Part shown: piece by piece, positions 26,276-40,812 of the stretch
Numbering within the stretch: the stretch's first letter is position 1
Layout of the letters: each line of letters starts with the position of its first letter
Assembly (NCBI GenBank): GCA_964016885.1
Contig: OZ024743.1
Location: forward strand, 74,958,001 to 75,022,000
Reading direction: 5' to 3'
Origin: Eledone cirrhosa
Lineage: Eukaryota
Length of the DNA: 64,000 bases
Made by a program: the position numbers and the translations under genes
The notes under the pieces: model-generated
Seen by the model: the letters and a program-made list of their open reading frames with translations, nothing else
Database searches by the model: none
Told to the model about the DNA's origin: nothing

Positions 26276-26390
26276 AACAAATAAGACCCCGGGGGTCTTA
26301 TTTGTTCCTATTACCCACTCTACTACCCTAAGTATTGAGTACTTTGGTGCGTTATGGTCCACTTGGTTCCTTACCACATTTCCTTCGTTA
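26271..26390 (+). mobile_element. Foldback mini-element, copy 4 (41-bp hairpin plus tail)
   Basis: ataggaacaaataagacccc-g-ggggtcttatttgttcctat, then the shared tail. Confidence 0.8.
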
Positions 26391-26527
26391 TATATATATA
26401 TATATATATATATGATATATATATATATGATATATATATATATATATATGATATATATATATATGATATATATATATATATGATATATATATATATGATA
26501 TATATATATATGATATATATATATATG

Positions 26528-26624
<97 letters not shown>

Positions 26625-26819
26625 TATATATATATAATATATATATATTAAGAATAAAGCGAGGTTTCACATTAATGTCTTTATTGATTATGCACAGTTC
26701 AACTGTTTCTCTGATGGATGGCTCAGGGTCCATGTAAATATTATGGACCCGACTCCAGCCAGATTTGTTCATCAGACGCGTTAATCAGGCAAAAACCAAG
26801 ATCCCATCTCATTTATATA

Positions 26820-26959
26820 TATGTGTGTCTGTCTGTGTGTGTGTCTGTCTGTCTGTATCGGTGTGTGTGTGCTGTATGTGTGTGTGTGTGTGTCTGTCTG
26901 TCTGGCTCTGTCTGTGTCTGTGCTTGTGTGTGTGTATGTGTGTGCTGTATATGTGTGTG

Positions 26960-26998
<39 letters not shown>

Positions 26999-27139
26999 GT
27001 CTGTGTCTGTGCGTGTGTGTGTGTGTGTGTTGTATATGTGTGTGTCTGTCTGTCTCTGTCTGTGTCTGTACGTGTGTGTGTCTGTCTGTCTCTGTCTGTG
27101 TCTGTGTGTGTGTGTGCTGTATATGTGTGTGTGTGTGTC

Positions 27140-27182
<43 letters not shown>

Positions 27183-27235
27183 GCTGTATATTTGTGTGTG
27201 TGTGTGTGTGTGTGTGTGTCTGTCTCTGTCTGTCT

Positions 27236-27294
<59 letters not shown>

Positions 27295-27395
27295 ATATCT
27301 GTGTGTGTCTGTCTATCTGTCTGTCTCTGTCTGTCTGTGTGTGTGTGTGTGTGTGTGTGCTGTATATGTGTGTGTGTCTCTCTGTATGTGTGTGA
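26820..27395. repeat. (TG)n/(TCTG)n compound microsatellite
   Basis: Direct reading. Confidence 0.9.
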
Positions 27396-27903
27396 TGAAA
27401 TTCAAATGAGAGTTAGATAGATGTGATACTCATACGTCGTTAAAATTTCAGCCAACAATTAATTATTTAAAACAAAATGACGTAAATTACGTGGACTCTA
27501 CGCATGCGCATAAGCTATTGGCGCTCGGGAATCCTGTTTCGATGAGTTTTCGTATAGCATTGCACATGCGTTGTGGTCAGTCTGTAAACACGTGTATATT
27601 TTTTAAGTGTATAGCGTAAAGCTCAATATATATATATATATATGTGTGTGTGCACGTGTGTGTGCACGTGTGTGTATGAGTGAGAGTCGTTGTTGCAGTT
27701 AATTAGGCCCTGGTTTGAAGAGTGAGCAGATCTATCATGAAAGACATTCCGGTCATGACCATCCCTTCATATTTCTCCGTCCAGGGAGCCACATATTATA
27801 TTAAGCAATACATCCTCTTATGTCACTTGGGTGTGATATTACATTCCATCAATTGAAACCATTAATCCCAACTCTTTCTTTCTCTGAAAATCTTCATTCC
27901 CAT

Positions 27904-27948
<45 letters not shown>

Positions 27949-28008
27949 TTCAAGGAAACAACAAACAGAGGTAATAAACTTGTATCATATATATGCATAT
28001 TTTTTATG

Positions 28009-28041
<33 letters not shown>

Positions 28042-28074
28042 TTTACATATACGTATATGTAAAAATATGTGTAT

Positions 28075-28151
<77 letters not shown>

Positions 28152-28816
28152 TGTGTGTGTGTGTGTGGGGGGGGTTTTAATATTTGTATATATCTTTAAG
28201 CGTGCATGTATACATATGTTTGTGTGTGTCTGTTTGGGTGTGTGTGTCCTTGTGAGAGAGAGATTATGTGCGTGTATGTATGTATGTGAGAGAGAGTGTG
28301 CATGTGTGGTATGAGTGAGTGTATGTATGTGTTTGTGTGTGGTAGAACAAGCAATATCAGGTATTGCAATAGAACACTTGTTCATTTGACTCAAGTATGA
28401 GCAGCAATTTTGTTAAGATGTACATGTTACCATGATGTACATGTCAAAGTCCATGACATTCAAGTAGACGCTACGGTTTAGTTGTATGGACATCATCAGT
28501 GATCTCCTTCACGTTCATTTTTATCTGACAACCAATCAGATCTTATAGCTGTATAATTGTATGTAGTTGGTGACGAGAGGCGGACACATGGTTAATACTC
28601 AGAGTCAAATACCAGACTGTCAGCCATCCACTAATATTCTCGCCGTTTATGAATTTCTATCGATCTTTCAGTTCTTCTTTATTTCTTCAGATATTTTCTA
28701 AGACTTTATTTTTTATAGCTTCTAATGATACTCTTTCTCAATCTTAGCTTTTATACTTCCTCCAGTTTCTATATTGTTCAGTCACATTCTTTCTACTTTC
28801 TACCAAATATCTTCTC

Positions 28817-30171
28817 CTACATATACACACACTCATACATACACACACACACACTCACACATACATACATATACACACACACTCACACATACATACATAC
28901 ACAGACATACACATACACATACATACACACATACTCATACATACACACACTCACACATACATACATACACACACATACATACACATACACACACTCATAC
29001 ATATATACACACACTCACACATACATACACACACATACACACACATACACACACACTCATACATACATACACTCACACATACACACACATACACACACAT
29101 GCACACACACTCATGCATACATACATACATACATACATACATACATACATACACACACCAACACATACATATACACTCACACACTCATATATACATACAC
29201 ACACATACATACACACATACACACACATACACACACACTCATACATACATACACACGCACATACATACACACTCATACATACACACATACACACGCTCAC
29301 ATATACATACACACATACACACACACAAACACACATACATACATACACACACATGCACACACATACACACACATACACACACACTCATACATACACACAT
29401 ATATGTATACACAGGCATACACACACACATACACACATACACACACACTCATACATACATACACACATACACACACAGATTTATATATACGCACATACAC
29501 ACACATACACATGCACATACACACATTCACATTCACACACGCATACACACATACGTATATGCATGCACACATATATATATATACATACACACATGCACAC
29601 ACGCTCATTCACACACACACATACACACATATATACACACATACACACTCACACATACACAGTCACATACAACCACATACACACACATACTCACTCACAC
29701 ACATACACATACATATATACGCACACACACATCCATATACACGCATAATACACACAGGCACATACACACACATATACACAGATATAGATAGACTCACTCA
29801 CACACACACATATACACACAGACATACACACACACACTCACACACACACACACACATACACACATGCAAACACACATACACACACATACACACATATACA
29901 CATACACTCGCCCACATACATACAAACACACATACAGACACACATACACACACAGAGTCACATACACATATACACACACACACATACACACACACACTCA
30001 CACTCACACACATATACACACACATTCACACACACACACACATATAAACACACACTCGCCCACATACATACACACACACATACACACACACATACAATCA
30101 CACACACACACATACACACACTCGCCCACATACATACACACACACATACACACACACATACACACACACAT

Positions 30172-30204
<33 letters not shown>

Positions 30205-30330
30205 TACACACATATACACACACATATACACATATACACACATACACACACACACACACACTCACCCACACACATACACACACACGTACACACACACACA
30301 GTCACACATATATACACACACACATACACA
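28817..30330. repeat. ~1.5-kb degenerate (CA)/(CATA) compound satellite
   Basis: Direct reading; source of the His/Thr/Tyr pseudo-ORFs. Confidence 0.9.
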
Positions 30331-30666
30331 GCGAAACCCACACACTACCCATATCCCCCCCCCCCTCCATCTCTCTACCTTTATATATTTAATAGTCCAC
30401 AATGTAATTCATATCTAGATTAATCTGTCTATCAATTCTCTCTATATCCCCCTCACTCTCTCTCCCTCTCTCTTTCTCCCTCTATCTCTCACTGTCTCTT
30501 TCTCTATGCTCGCTCTCTATCTTCTCTTTCTCTCTCTCATTCTCTCTCTCTTTCTCTTGCGCTCTTTCTCTCTACATCTCTCTCTCTCTCTCTTTCGCTC
30601 ACTCCCTTATATAAGTTGATGTGTGTCTGCATGTATGTATGTATGTGTGTATGTATGTATGTATGT

Positions 30667-31270
30667 CAGGTCACCAGTTGGTGCTACTAGTAACATGTAT
30701 CCCAGTACAACCTGTCCCATGGTCGGGTCGTTGGCGACTAAACTGGCAACCCCACCAAGGTTTCTTGGTGAGGAGGGTGACTTTGGACATCCTGCAGGAC
30801 TAAAAACAAAACCTGTCAAAGGGCAAAGGAGCTCTTAAGAGTCAATGGCCATCCAAAATCACCGAGAGAGATGACCCCTTAGCCTTTGTCAAGGCAGAAT
30901 TCTAGGAGAAGGAAAACTCTGATATAACACCTGCAACTCTGATGGTATCCAATGATGTTGACTTGTTCTTCTTTTTGGTAAATATCATCTTGGTTAAGAG
31001 AGTGGGACTGGCTTTGTGCAGTGCCTTTGCTCACTATAAAAACTTCACGGCAGAGGCATTGCTTTATATCTGGAGATCTCTCTGCACTTGTCGTCACATG
31101 GTACCATGGCCCAGCACTATGTGTCAATAATTGTCACAAGTGTAGTGTTTGTACCAGAGTTTTCAAGTCGCTGGCTGGACTAAAAGGTCACACTCGTTCA
31201 GCGCATTGGTAGGAGTTCTCCTACATGGATATAAAGTAGTGGCCGTACTCGAAAACGAGTTGGCAGCGAC
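30667..31270 (+). mobile_element. ~600-bp internally deleted RTE-derived non-autonomous element
   Basis: RTE-like 5' UTR motif ctaggagaaggaaaactctga joined to a terminal C2H2 finger HKCSVCTRVFKSLAGLKGHTRSAH; preceded by (TATG)n. A second copy is inverted at 32663-33270. Confidence 0.65.
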
Positions 31271-31796
31271 TATGTATATATCTATCTATATATGCATTTA
31301 TGTGTGTGTGTGTGTGTATTATATTATATTTAAAGTACCAGTAATACACTGGTATAATTGCTGGCCTTGTGCCAATAGTAGAAACAATTATATTATATTA
31401 TATCATATTATATTATATTATATTTCGAAAAAGATTGGAGGGATTTAATAAATGTAAGAAAGCTGGTATTTGGAACATAACAACAATTTGTTGAGAGAAA
31501 ATCTAATTTGTAATGGACAGTTTTAGTTTAAATATGACCTTTTTAAATTGTGCCATTTTACGTCACGGAAACGGGGTGGTTTTGGGCGGGTTGATATAAA
31601 AAATTAAAAATAAATTTTATATATATATACATACATCTATATATATTTATATATATATAAATAGATAGATATAGATATATATTGTTATATTTGAGAGGGT
31701 CATATTGTTATAATATTACCAGAAATATATAAACTGTTTGGTTTGGATTGGTTTTCGCTTCGGCATATTTTATATCCCAATAGCTTATTTAAATTA

Positions 31797-31962
31797 TTTC
31801 TACTTTTGGCACAAGGCCAGCAATTATCCAGTGCATTACTGGTACTTTATTTTATCTACCCCGTAAGGATGAAAGGCAAAGTTAACCTTGGCGGGATTTG
31901 AACTCAGACCGTAAAGGGACGTAACTATGCTGGAAAGCATGGTGTCCGACCTTCTACTGATA
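31797..31962 (-). mobile_element. SINE, same family as 25728
   Basis: Collinear with 25728-25890. Confidence 0.75.
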
Positions 31963-32033
31963 CTGCCAATCCCCCACCCTTAAATAGCTTATTTAAATGG
32001 CAATAAATGTTTATCATTGATTGACCAACAGTT

Positions 32034-32318
<285 letters not shown>

Positions 32319-32585
32319 TGCATATATACAGATTTACACAGGGCCGTTGACTCTTATGAGTTCTTCCGTCCTCTTCGAGTTTTGTTTTTTTTGTCCTGCA
32401 GGGTGTACAAAATAACCCTCCTCACCAAGTAAACCTGCTGTGGCTGCCGGTTTATTCGCCGACGACCCGACCATGCGACAGGTTGTACTGGGTTACATGT
32501 TGCCAGTAGCACTCAAGTATGATTTACAATCAAACATACACACACATACATATGTACACACATACATACATACATACATACATAC

Positions 32586-32616
<31 letters not shown>

Positions 32617-32662
32617 CATACATACATACATACATACATACATGCTTACATACATACATACA

Positions 32663-33270
32663 TGGTGGCTGCCAACTCGTTTTCGAGTACGGCCACTACA
32701 TTATATCCATGTAGGAGAACCCCTACCGATGCGCTGAACGAGTGTGACTTTTTAGTCCAGCCAGCGACTTGAAAACTCTGGTACAAACAGTACACTTGTG
32801 ACAATTATTGACACTTAGAGCTGGGCTCATGGTACCATGTGACGACAAGTGCAGACAGATCTCCGGATATAAAGCAATGCCTGTGCCGTGAAGCTTTTAT
32901 AGTGAGCAAAGGCACTGCACAAAGCCAGTCCCACTCTCTTAACCAAGATGATATTTACCAAAAAGAAGGACAAGTCAACATCATTGGATACCATCAGAGT
33001 TGCAGGTGTTATATCAAAGTTTTCCTTCTCCTAGAATTCTGCATTGACAAAGGCTAAGGGGTCATCTCTCCCGGTGATTTTGGATGGCCATTGACTTTTA
33101 TAAGCTCCTTTGCCCTTTGACAGGTTTTGTTTTTAGTCCTGCAGGATGTCCAAAGTCACCCTCCTCACCAAGAAACCTTGGTAGGGTTGCCAGTTTAGTC
33201 GCCAACGACCCGACCATGGGACAGGTTGTACTGGGATACATGTTACCAGTAGCACCAACTGGTGACCTGA
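32663..33270 (-). mobile_element. RTE-derived non-autonomous element, copy 2; related 5' pieces at 32340-32525 and 36848-37048
   Basis: Reverse complement of 30667-31270; bounded by (CATA)n on both sides. Confidence 0.7.
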
Positions 33271-33392
33271 CATACTGACATACATACCTGACCTGACATA
33301 CATACATACATACATACATACATACATACATACATACATACATACATACATACATACATACATACATACATACATACATACATACATACATA

Positions 33393-34906
33393 GAACATGG
33401 ATGGGATGAAGAAAAATCTTGACCTGGTTACAAAGTTCTCAAAGGATATAGGAATGGAGTTTGGCCAAGATAATTGCTCATTCATGACTGTAAAGCGGGG
33501 AAAAACAACAACCCAATCAATCAATGGCCTAACTGTTTCACCGATATCTGATGAGGACTGCGACAGATACCTGGGGCTAGATGAGAACATATCCTATAAT
33601 GGTATCTGTAATAAGGACCGCGTAACCAGGGAATACTACACCCGATTAAGAAAGATTTGGTCATCGGAACTCTCTGCGCGAAACAAAACAATGGCGCACA
33701 ATGTGTTTGCTGTGCCTGTCCTAACACCAACGTTTGGAATACTCAATTGGACGATAGACGAAATCCGAGCAGTTGATGTTGGAACTCGAAAAATACTGAA
33801 CAACACCGGAAACTTCCACATCAACAGTGACATAGACCGCCTTTACTTGAAACGTAAGCAGGGAGGCAGAGGCCTAACATCAGTCCAGACAACATTTGAA
33901 TGTCGCATCATATCTCTCCGACAACATCTACGAACCTCGAAGCGTAAGAGCCCACTTCTCGAGCAAGTCTATCTACATGAAACAGATAAGATCATGAGAG
34001 TTGGGAAGGAACTCCTCGAGAGATATTCCCTGTGTGATAATCAAAAACTCACACCCAGGGAAGTCGCTCAGCAGTATCGCAGTGAATCCATGGATGAAAA
34101 ACTGCATGCTTATCAGCAAAAAATCATGCATGGATATGTTGCCAGGAAGCTCCAGAGTGAGAGTAATATACATAAGGAAAGTAGTCTATCTTGGACCAAC
34201 AACCGCTATATTGGCTTCCATTTTGAAGAATATGCTTTTGCAATCCAAGAACAGGAAATTAACACGAAATATCTGATTCACAAAAGAGATAGGGATGCAG
34301 GCAAAACACCTAGATGTGATAACAAGTGCAGACTCTGCTGAATTAACATCGAAGATGTCACCCATGTATTCAGCAGCTATCCAAAGATGTCATCGCGGTA
34401 CTATCTACCTATGAGGCATGATGTAGTGGCCAAAACACTGTAGAATGCAATCTGTAGAAAAGATAGCCCCGATAATAAACACATTAAAAGCTACAGCAAT
34501 GTGGAAGACATCCATATACATAATATGAAAGAGTACTGGTGGAATGTTCCAGTAAAAACCCCAATAAAATGCAGGCATAACAGACCAGATATTATGATAT
34601 GGGACAGGGAAAAGAAAACATGCACAGTAGTGGAAGCTATCTGCCTAGCAGATGCCAATATAATATCAAAGATTAGCGAAAAGGAGAATATTTATGCAGA
34701 ACTGATGAGAAATCTGCAGAAACTCCACCCTGATTACACCTTCAGATTTATGCCTGTGATGATTGTGGCACTAGGGTATGTTAGTAACTGCCTCAATACA
34801 AATCTTGAGAAGCTAGGCTTCAGAGGAACAGAAAGAACACAACTAGTTGGGAGATTACAAGTACAATCCATTAATGGAACAGTAAAAATATGTAAAACAT
34901 TCCAAA
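33393..34906 (+). mobile_element. 5'-truncated R4-type LINE (family B) after (CATA)n; 3' UTR lost at the transposon junction
   Basis: RYLG, GGRGL, AIQEQEI, KCRLC and HNRPDIMIWD motifs; near-identical to 40812-42363. Confidence 0.85.
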
Positions 34907-36806
34907 CAGTATCGCACGTAGAACAGAGCATTGAACATACAGATCCGGCGCAACTTTTCCATTTTAGCTTGATCGTAATTGAGTCGCTCACCAAATGCAT
35001 ACATCTTTGCACTATAGATGATTGTGGACATCCACCGAGCGTTATGATGTGCACCAGGCAGCATACAATGAATTCCACGAGGAGGGGTGACACCAAGCAA
35101 GATCAACATCAACTCGGCACATTCTCGGTAGTCGTCGCGTGGAAGAGAACTCATTTTCCCATCGTCGGATGTCAGCAAATCTTAGAGGAACTTGATGTTC
35201 TCAGAACACAGACGCTTGAGTCTCCGGTCGACAATGTTCAATGTTTTAAAGTTGGTCTTGTCCGTGAGTGACACCCAATCGTTTTTGAACTCCTTGAACT
35301 CTGGGGTGTCTTGACTGGACATTGCTCCGAATAGTTGTTGCCACACTGCACACAAGATACGCTCCATGACATGGTGCCGACAAGCAAAATAAAACACCTT
35401 TTTGTTGAGCATATCTTCTAGTTTCACGCAGGCACCATTTTTCCATCCAGAATTCGAAGCAGTTGTGTCGAAGACCAAGCCCACCACAGACCCATCAACA
35501 TTCCAATCTTTAACAATATCAAATGATGCTTTGGCTTGGGTGGTTCCAGTGCCATCAGGAATTATGGGAACACCGAGGAGTTTACCTTCTCTGAAGTCCG
35601 GAGTTCCAGCAAATAGCACACCTAGCCTCTCGTTGTCACCAGGAATTATTTTGCCATCCCAATTCAAGGTAACAAAGTCTGGTGCAGCAAATTGTTCCTT
35701 TATGTGTCCAGCCCTCACAGTTCTGATCTTCTTAGCTGCATGTCTGCTACTATTCTTGGGGAGAGTTGTGGCGTCTATGTCAGTCCCACCCTCAGAAATA
35801 ATCAATGCTGTTCCCTGGCCCAGTGTCAGGTTTAAACGATCAGCCATTAGAGAAATGTTTGGACTTTGAAATGGATTCTTTGGGAGTTCCAGCTGGATTT
35901 TTCCTTTCTTGTCTGACTTTGAGCTGTCTCTGGGTGTGTTTGAGGCCTGAAATTCAGGATCCTGTTCATCTTCAGTTTCAGCATTGGTTGAACTTGAATC
36001 ACCCAGTTCATTACGCGGAAGTTGTGCTGCCACAGATCCTGACAAACGCTTTCTATGGTTCTCTGACTCTCGACGAGCCACAGAAACCTGATCACGCTTA
36101 AACTTTGAAGATACCTTTTTCTGGTAACCCTTGTCTTCAGCACCCAGAGATACTTTTTTCTGGCAACGCAGAGCTTCGAGAAATGTAGCATCTTCCATTT
36201 TCTGTTCATTATTACGAAGACGGTCTTTCGAAATTTTCTTTTCAGCATCGGTATGTGCAATGTAGAAATACGAATCCAATTCAGAAATAAATAGTGCTTC
36301 CTTTTCTTTGTTTGACTTAGAACCTTTGTTTTTTTGTAAATTTCTGTATTCACAGTACATGTTCATAATTTTCAGTTTCACTTTGTCTTTTCGTTGAGTC
36401 GCCACACCAGCTTTTTCCCACTGACTAACTACTTCCATCACAAGCCTATCCGCAATAGTACCATTGAAGCTCACAAGCTTTTCGTGTTTCATAGGACCAT
36501 CTTTCAAGTAGAAGAAATATCTTAGAACATCCCCCTTTGTTGGTATTTTGTTTTGAGAAAAGGATGTAACATATTGTCCCAGGAGCCATATTTCTCGATC
36601 ATCACAACGGAGCGAGTAGCTACAACTAGGCCCACTGGTTTCCGCCATTATTCTACCAATTTGCAACTATTAGGCAAAGCTTAAATTAGGCTGAACTAAT
36701 CAACATTACATTATAAATTCATAATATACAAAATGGCATGATAAAATACATAGGGGTCTAAGAAAAAAGCACTTTTGTGTAAAATGCGGGATTCTGGAAC
36801 ACCCTA
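34907..36806 (-). mobile_element. hATm-like DNA transposon, 3'-truncated
   Basis: The 494-aa ORF 35182-36666 has WDGK, KLLGVP, FDTTASNSG and ACRHHVME, and continues as PRDDYRE..PGAHHNARWM in 34855-35178. The minus-strand terminus begins TAGGGTG at 36806. Confidence 0.7.
35182..36666 (-). pseudogene. hAT-superfamily (hATm-like) transposase, stop-interrupted
   Basis: DTTASNSG and CxxH (CRHH) motifs. Confidence 0.72.
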
Positions 36807-37119
36807 ATGTATATACATATATACATATGTATATACATATGTACACATTTTTGGACGGTCGTTGACTCATGAGTTCTACCCCCCCCCCCCCTTTGTCAGG
36901 TTTTGTTTTTTGTCCTGCAGGGTGTCCAAAATCACCCTCCTCACCAAGTAAACTTGGTGGCGTTGCCGGTTTAGTCGCCGACGATCCGACAATGCGATAG
37001 GTTGTACTGGGTTACATGCTACCAATTGCACTCAAGAGTGACCTGGAATTCATACATACATACATACATACATACATACATACATACATACATACATACA
37101 TACATACATACATACATAC

Positions 37120-40100
37120 GAAATATTAGTGAATAGACGAACTCATCATGGCAAAAAGTACAAGTCTCCTTAGACCAAATCGCAACTACAACCGTTGTAT
37201 ACAGTGGAGCTACGAGCTTAACAAAGTATTATATGAAGCATACAAACAATCTGAACCCCAAAAGTTCAGTTTTATGCAAAGGCTAAAAACTTTATGGAAC
37301 TCCAAACACCCAGAATTAGACTTTTCTCCAAAGCATTTAAATGAACAGGAAAAACGTATCATTAGATGTAAATTGATACATCTAACGGAATTGAGTGATA
37401 CTACAAATACAGCCCTTGTAGACAACCACCCCACCTCCACTGACAGACAAAGAGAATGGCCAGCTAAATCTAACAGTGAACAGCTCACCAACAATTTTGC
37501 TGAAATCCATGGCACTTCCACTGAAGAACAGCGAGAAAGGTCAACTAACTCTAGTAGTAATTGTCACCACATCAACAACGGGGCTGAAATTCAGGACTCT
37601 ACTGAACAAACAGAGCACCAAAAACTTGTGGACACCCTACAAGTGATATGGAACGATATGTTTCAAGAGATACACAGCCTTAATGTGAGTGACAAACCAT
37701 ACAACACCAGAATCAGTAAAGAACCCACTAAATTGGAATTGGAAGCGGTGAACGAAATAGCTGGCAATTATCTGAAGGCTATACGATCGAAAGGTGTAGA
37801 AACGACATTTGAAAGGCTTAATGTTTTGTTATATGTTTCAGCTGTCACATTGCTATCATATAACACATATCTAAAACCACGCAATCAAGATACAAACAGA
37901 AAGCCTGAACCAGCGTGGATGCGAAATTTAAAAACCAAAATTTTGTCCCTGAGACGAAGTATCTCACACATCGCAGTCGTTATGAAATGCAACATAGAGA
38001 GCAACTTCACACGACACCAGGAAAACCTAAAGAAAAAGTTAGAGAGACGATTTGGAGATACAAAATTTAAAACTTTGAACTCCAAATTACACCAGTTGAA
38101 ACAACAACTCACAGCTACAACAGAAAGACTAAAATATAAGTCAGCAGCACATAAACAACAAGTGCTAAATAGATTGTTTGCCAGAGACCCTAAATCAGTT
38201 TATCGCAGCTTCGGTGGCAAAAGCTCAGTCCCTGTAAACGACACCCCTTCAAAAGAACAGGTTGAGAGCTACTGGAGATCTGTATGGGAAACGGATGACG
38301 GATTCAACAGACAAGCTAATTGGCTAAAAGAACTGGAACAGGACTACTGCCAACATGTCCAGACAAAACAATATGACATAGAAGGGTCAATACTGGAAAC
38401 AGCTCTATAGAAAATGTCGAATAGGAAATCGCCAGGCCCAGACCTCATTACAGGATACTGGTTGAAGAATTTCACTTTCTATCGGCAAGATCTCATACGG
38501 CTGTTTACAGAAACCATTAAGGGCACACAAGAACTGCCCAGATGGTTATCAACGGCCACTACTCTCCTCATTCCCCAAAATAGCCAAACCACCCTTGCTA
38601 AAATTACCGCCCAATAGCCTGCCAAAGCATCATGTATAAATTATATACTGGGTGCCTTAACCTGTTCTTACAGGATCACTGTGCTACCAACAACATCATA
38701 ACACCTGAGCAAGCTAGTGGAAAGAGGGAGGTGTGGGGTTGCATAGATCACCTACTAACTAACAAAATGATTCAGAAAAAAACAACAAAGAATCGCAGAA
38801 ACATGACTGTGGTGTGGCTGGACTATCAAAAAGCATTTGATAGTGTACCTCATTGGTGGATTATTAAGGCTTTACAGTTAGCTAAAGTCCCACAACCATT
38901 GGTAGCTGCTGTTGAACGCCTGACCAAGAACTGGTACACCAATTTGATCCTTAGAGGTGAGAAGGAGCAAGTTAAGACTGATAAGATACATTACCAGAAG
39001 GGCATCTTTCAGGGTGATAGCTTGTCAGTGCTACTCTTCGTTCTCTCACTGAATCCACTATCTTACCTACTCAGGAAACAAGGTGGACAAAGAAGTGGGC
39101 CCAGAAGTATCTCCCATCTTTTCTTTGTTGATGACCTGAAGTTGTATGGGCCAAATATCAATGACATCAAGAAACAATTGGACCTCATTACACAATTTTC
39201 AACCGACATCAAAATGAAATTTGGTGAGTCCAAGTGTGCATATTTGGCATTAAAACGTGGAAGAGCTGTGCCCTCCTCTAGAAATCTAGAGATGAACGGC
39301 CTGACAATACAACCTATGCAGTCAGGTGACAACTACAGATATCTTGGACAGGAAGAGAATGTCAGATATGATGGACCCATAAATAAGGAGAGAACCAGAA
39401 CTGAATACCTCAGAAGAGTAAAGAAAATATGGTCATCAGAACTGTCAGCGTACAACAAATACATTGCCCACAATACTTATGCTGTGCCAATTCTAACGCC
39501 AACATTTGGCCTGCTGAACTGGTCATTGCAAGATCTAAGTGAGATGGATGTTAGAACTCGAAAACTTCTCAGTGTTACTGGGAACTTTAACATCAATGGT
39601 GATGTGGATAGGCTATACTTCTCACGCAAGGAAGGTGGCTGGGGTCTAAAATCAATATTAACAACATATGAGACCCGGATAGTAACACTGAAGCAACACC
39701 TTCAACAGAGGAAAAAGGTTGGCAACCATCTTGCCCAGGTTTATGAGCATGAAAACAAAAATATCATTAGAATAGCGACTGATCTGGAGGAGAGATATGG
39801 AATAAAGCCTGATATAAATCTCTCACCCAGAGAAATCAGAAGATCCTATTCAATGTTCAAACAAGATTTAAAAAATTGACCAATTTACAGAAAAAGTTGT
39901 GCATGGATACTTGAGGCGTAAAACACAGACCATAGAGGGGATAAACCACTCAAAAAGCCTGGCATGGAGTTCCGACAAGTTTATGACATCACACCTTGAG
40001 GGATATCTCTATGCAATACAGGAACAAGAACTCCCTACCAAATATCTGCTGCACAAAAGAGGAGGGCCAGCAGCTGACAATAAATGTAGGCTATGTAAAA

Positions 40101-40738
40101 CAAAGATCGAGGATGTAAGCCACATTGTTGCCAGCTGCGAAAGAATGTCATCTCGCTACTACCTCCCCATGAGATACGATGGGATAGCTAGAATCATCTG
40201 GAACGCACTTCGTAAAACAAAATTAACAACAAACGAGGAAGAATATATTGAGACAGATGGCACTAAGGAATACTGGTGGAACCTGAAAATAAAAACTGCC
40301 ACCAAATTAAAGCACAACCGGCCTGATATTGTTGTTTGGGACCACACATTGAAAACGTGTTCTGTTGTGGAGATCAGCTGCCCACTTGATGTAAACGTTG
40401 TCAGAAATATACAGGAGAAGGAGGACATCTACGGACCATTGATGAGGAATTTACAAATCCAGTATCCAAGATACACCTTTAGCTTCATACCCATCATTAT
40501 TGGAGCTACGGGTTATATACCAACCCACTTGGACCAAAGTATGACTGAACTTGGATTTGCGGACAAAAAGCGCAGCTCCCTAATTCATAGTCTACAAATG
40601 GCTGCGATAGCTGGCACCTTCAAAATTTGCAAAACATTCTTGCGATTCAAGGATGACAATTTCTTTTCTTTTACAACCTTGCCACCAGGAAGGTGGCCGG
40701 TCAAAAAAAATGTACTCGAAATTAAGAGAAAGAGATAT
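37120..40738 (+). mobile_element. Near full-length R4/Dong-type LINE (family C) flanked by (CATA)n on both sides
   Basis: ORF pieces 37148-38410, 38414-38617, 38632-39879 ([16 protein letters not shown]) and 39899 onward (CRLC..H...C, HNRPDIVVWD, EISCP). Confidence 0.9.
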
Positions 40739-40781
40739 ACATACATACATACATACATACATACATACATACATACATACA

Positions 40782-40811
<30 letters not shown>

Positions 40812-40812
<1 letters not shown>

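Noticed and set aside
28725-30418. Long His/Thr/Tyr and Cys/Val ORFs (also at 10952, 26718, 54606, 59667, 63033)
   Set aside because: These are translations of stop-free microsatellites.
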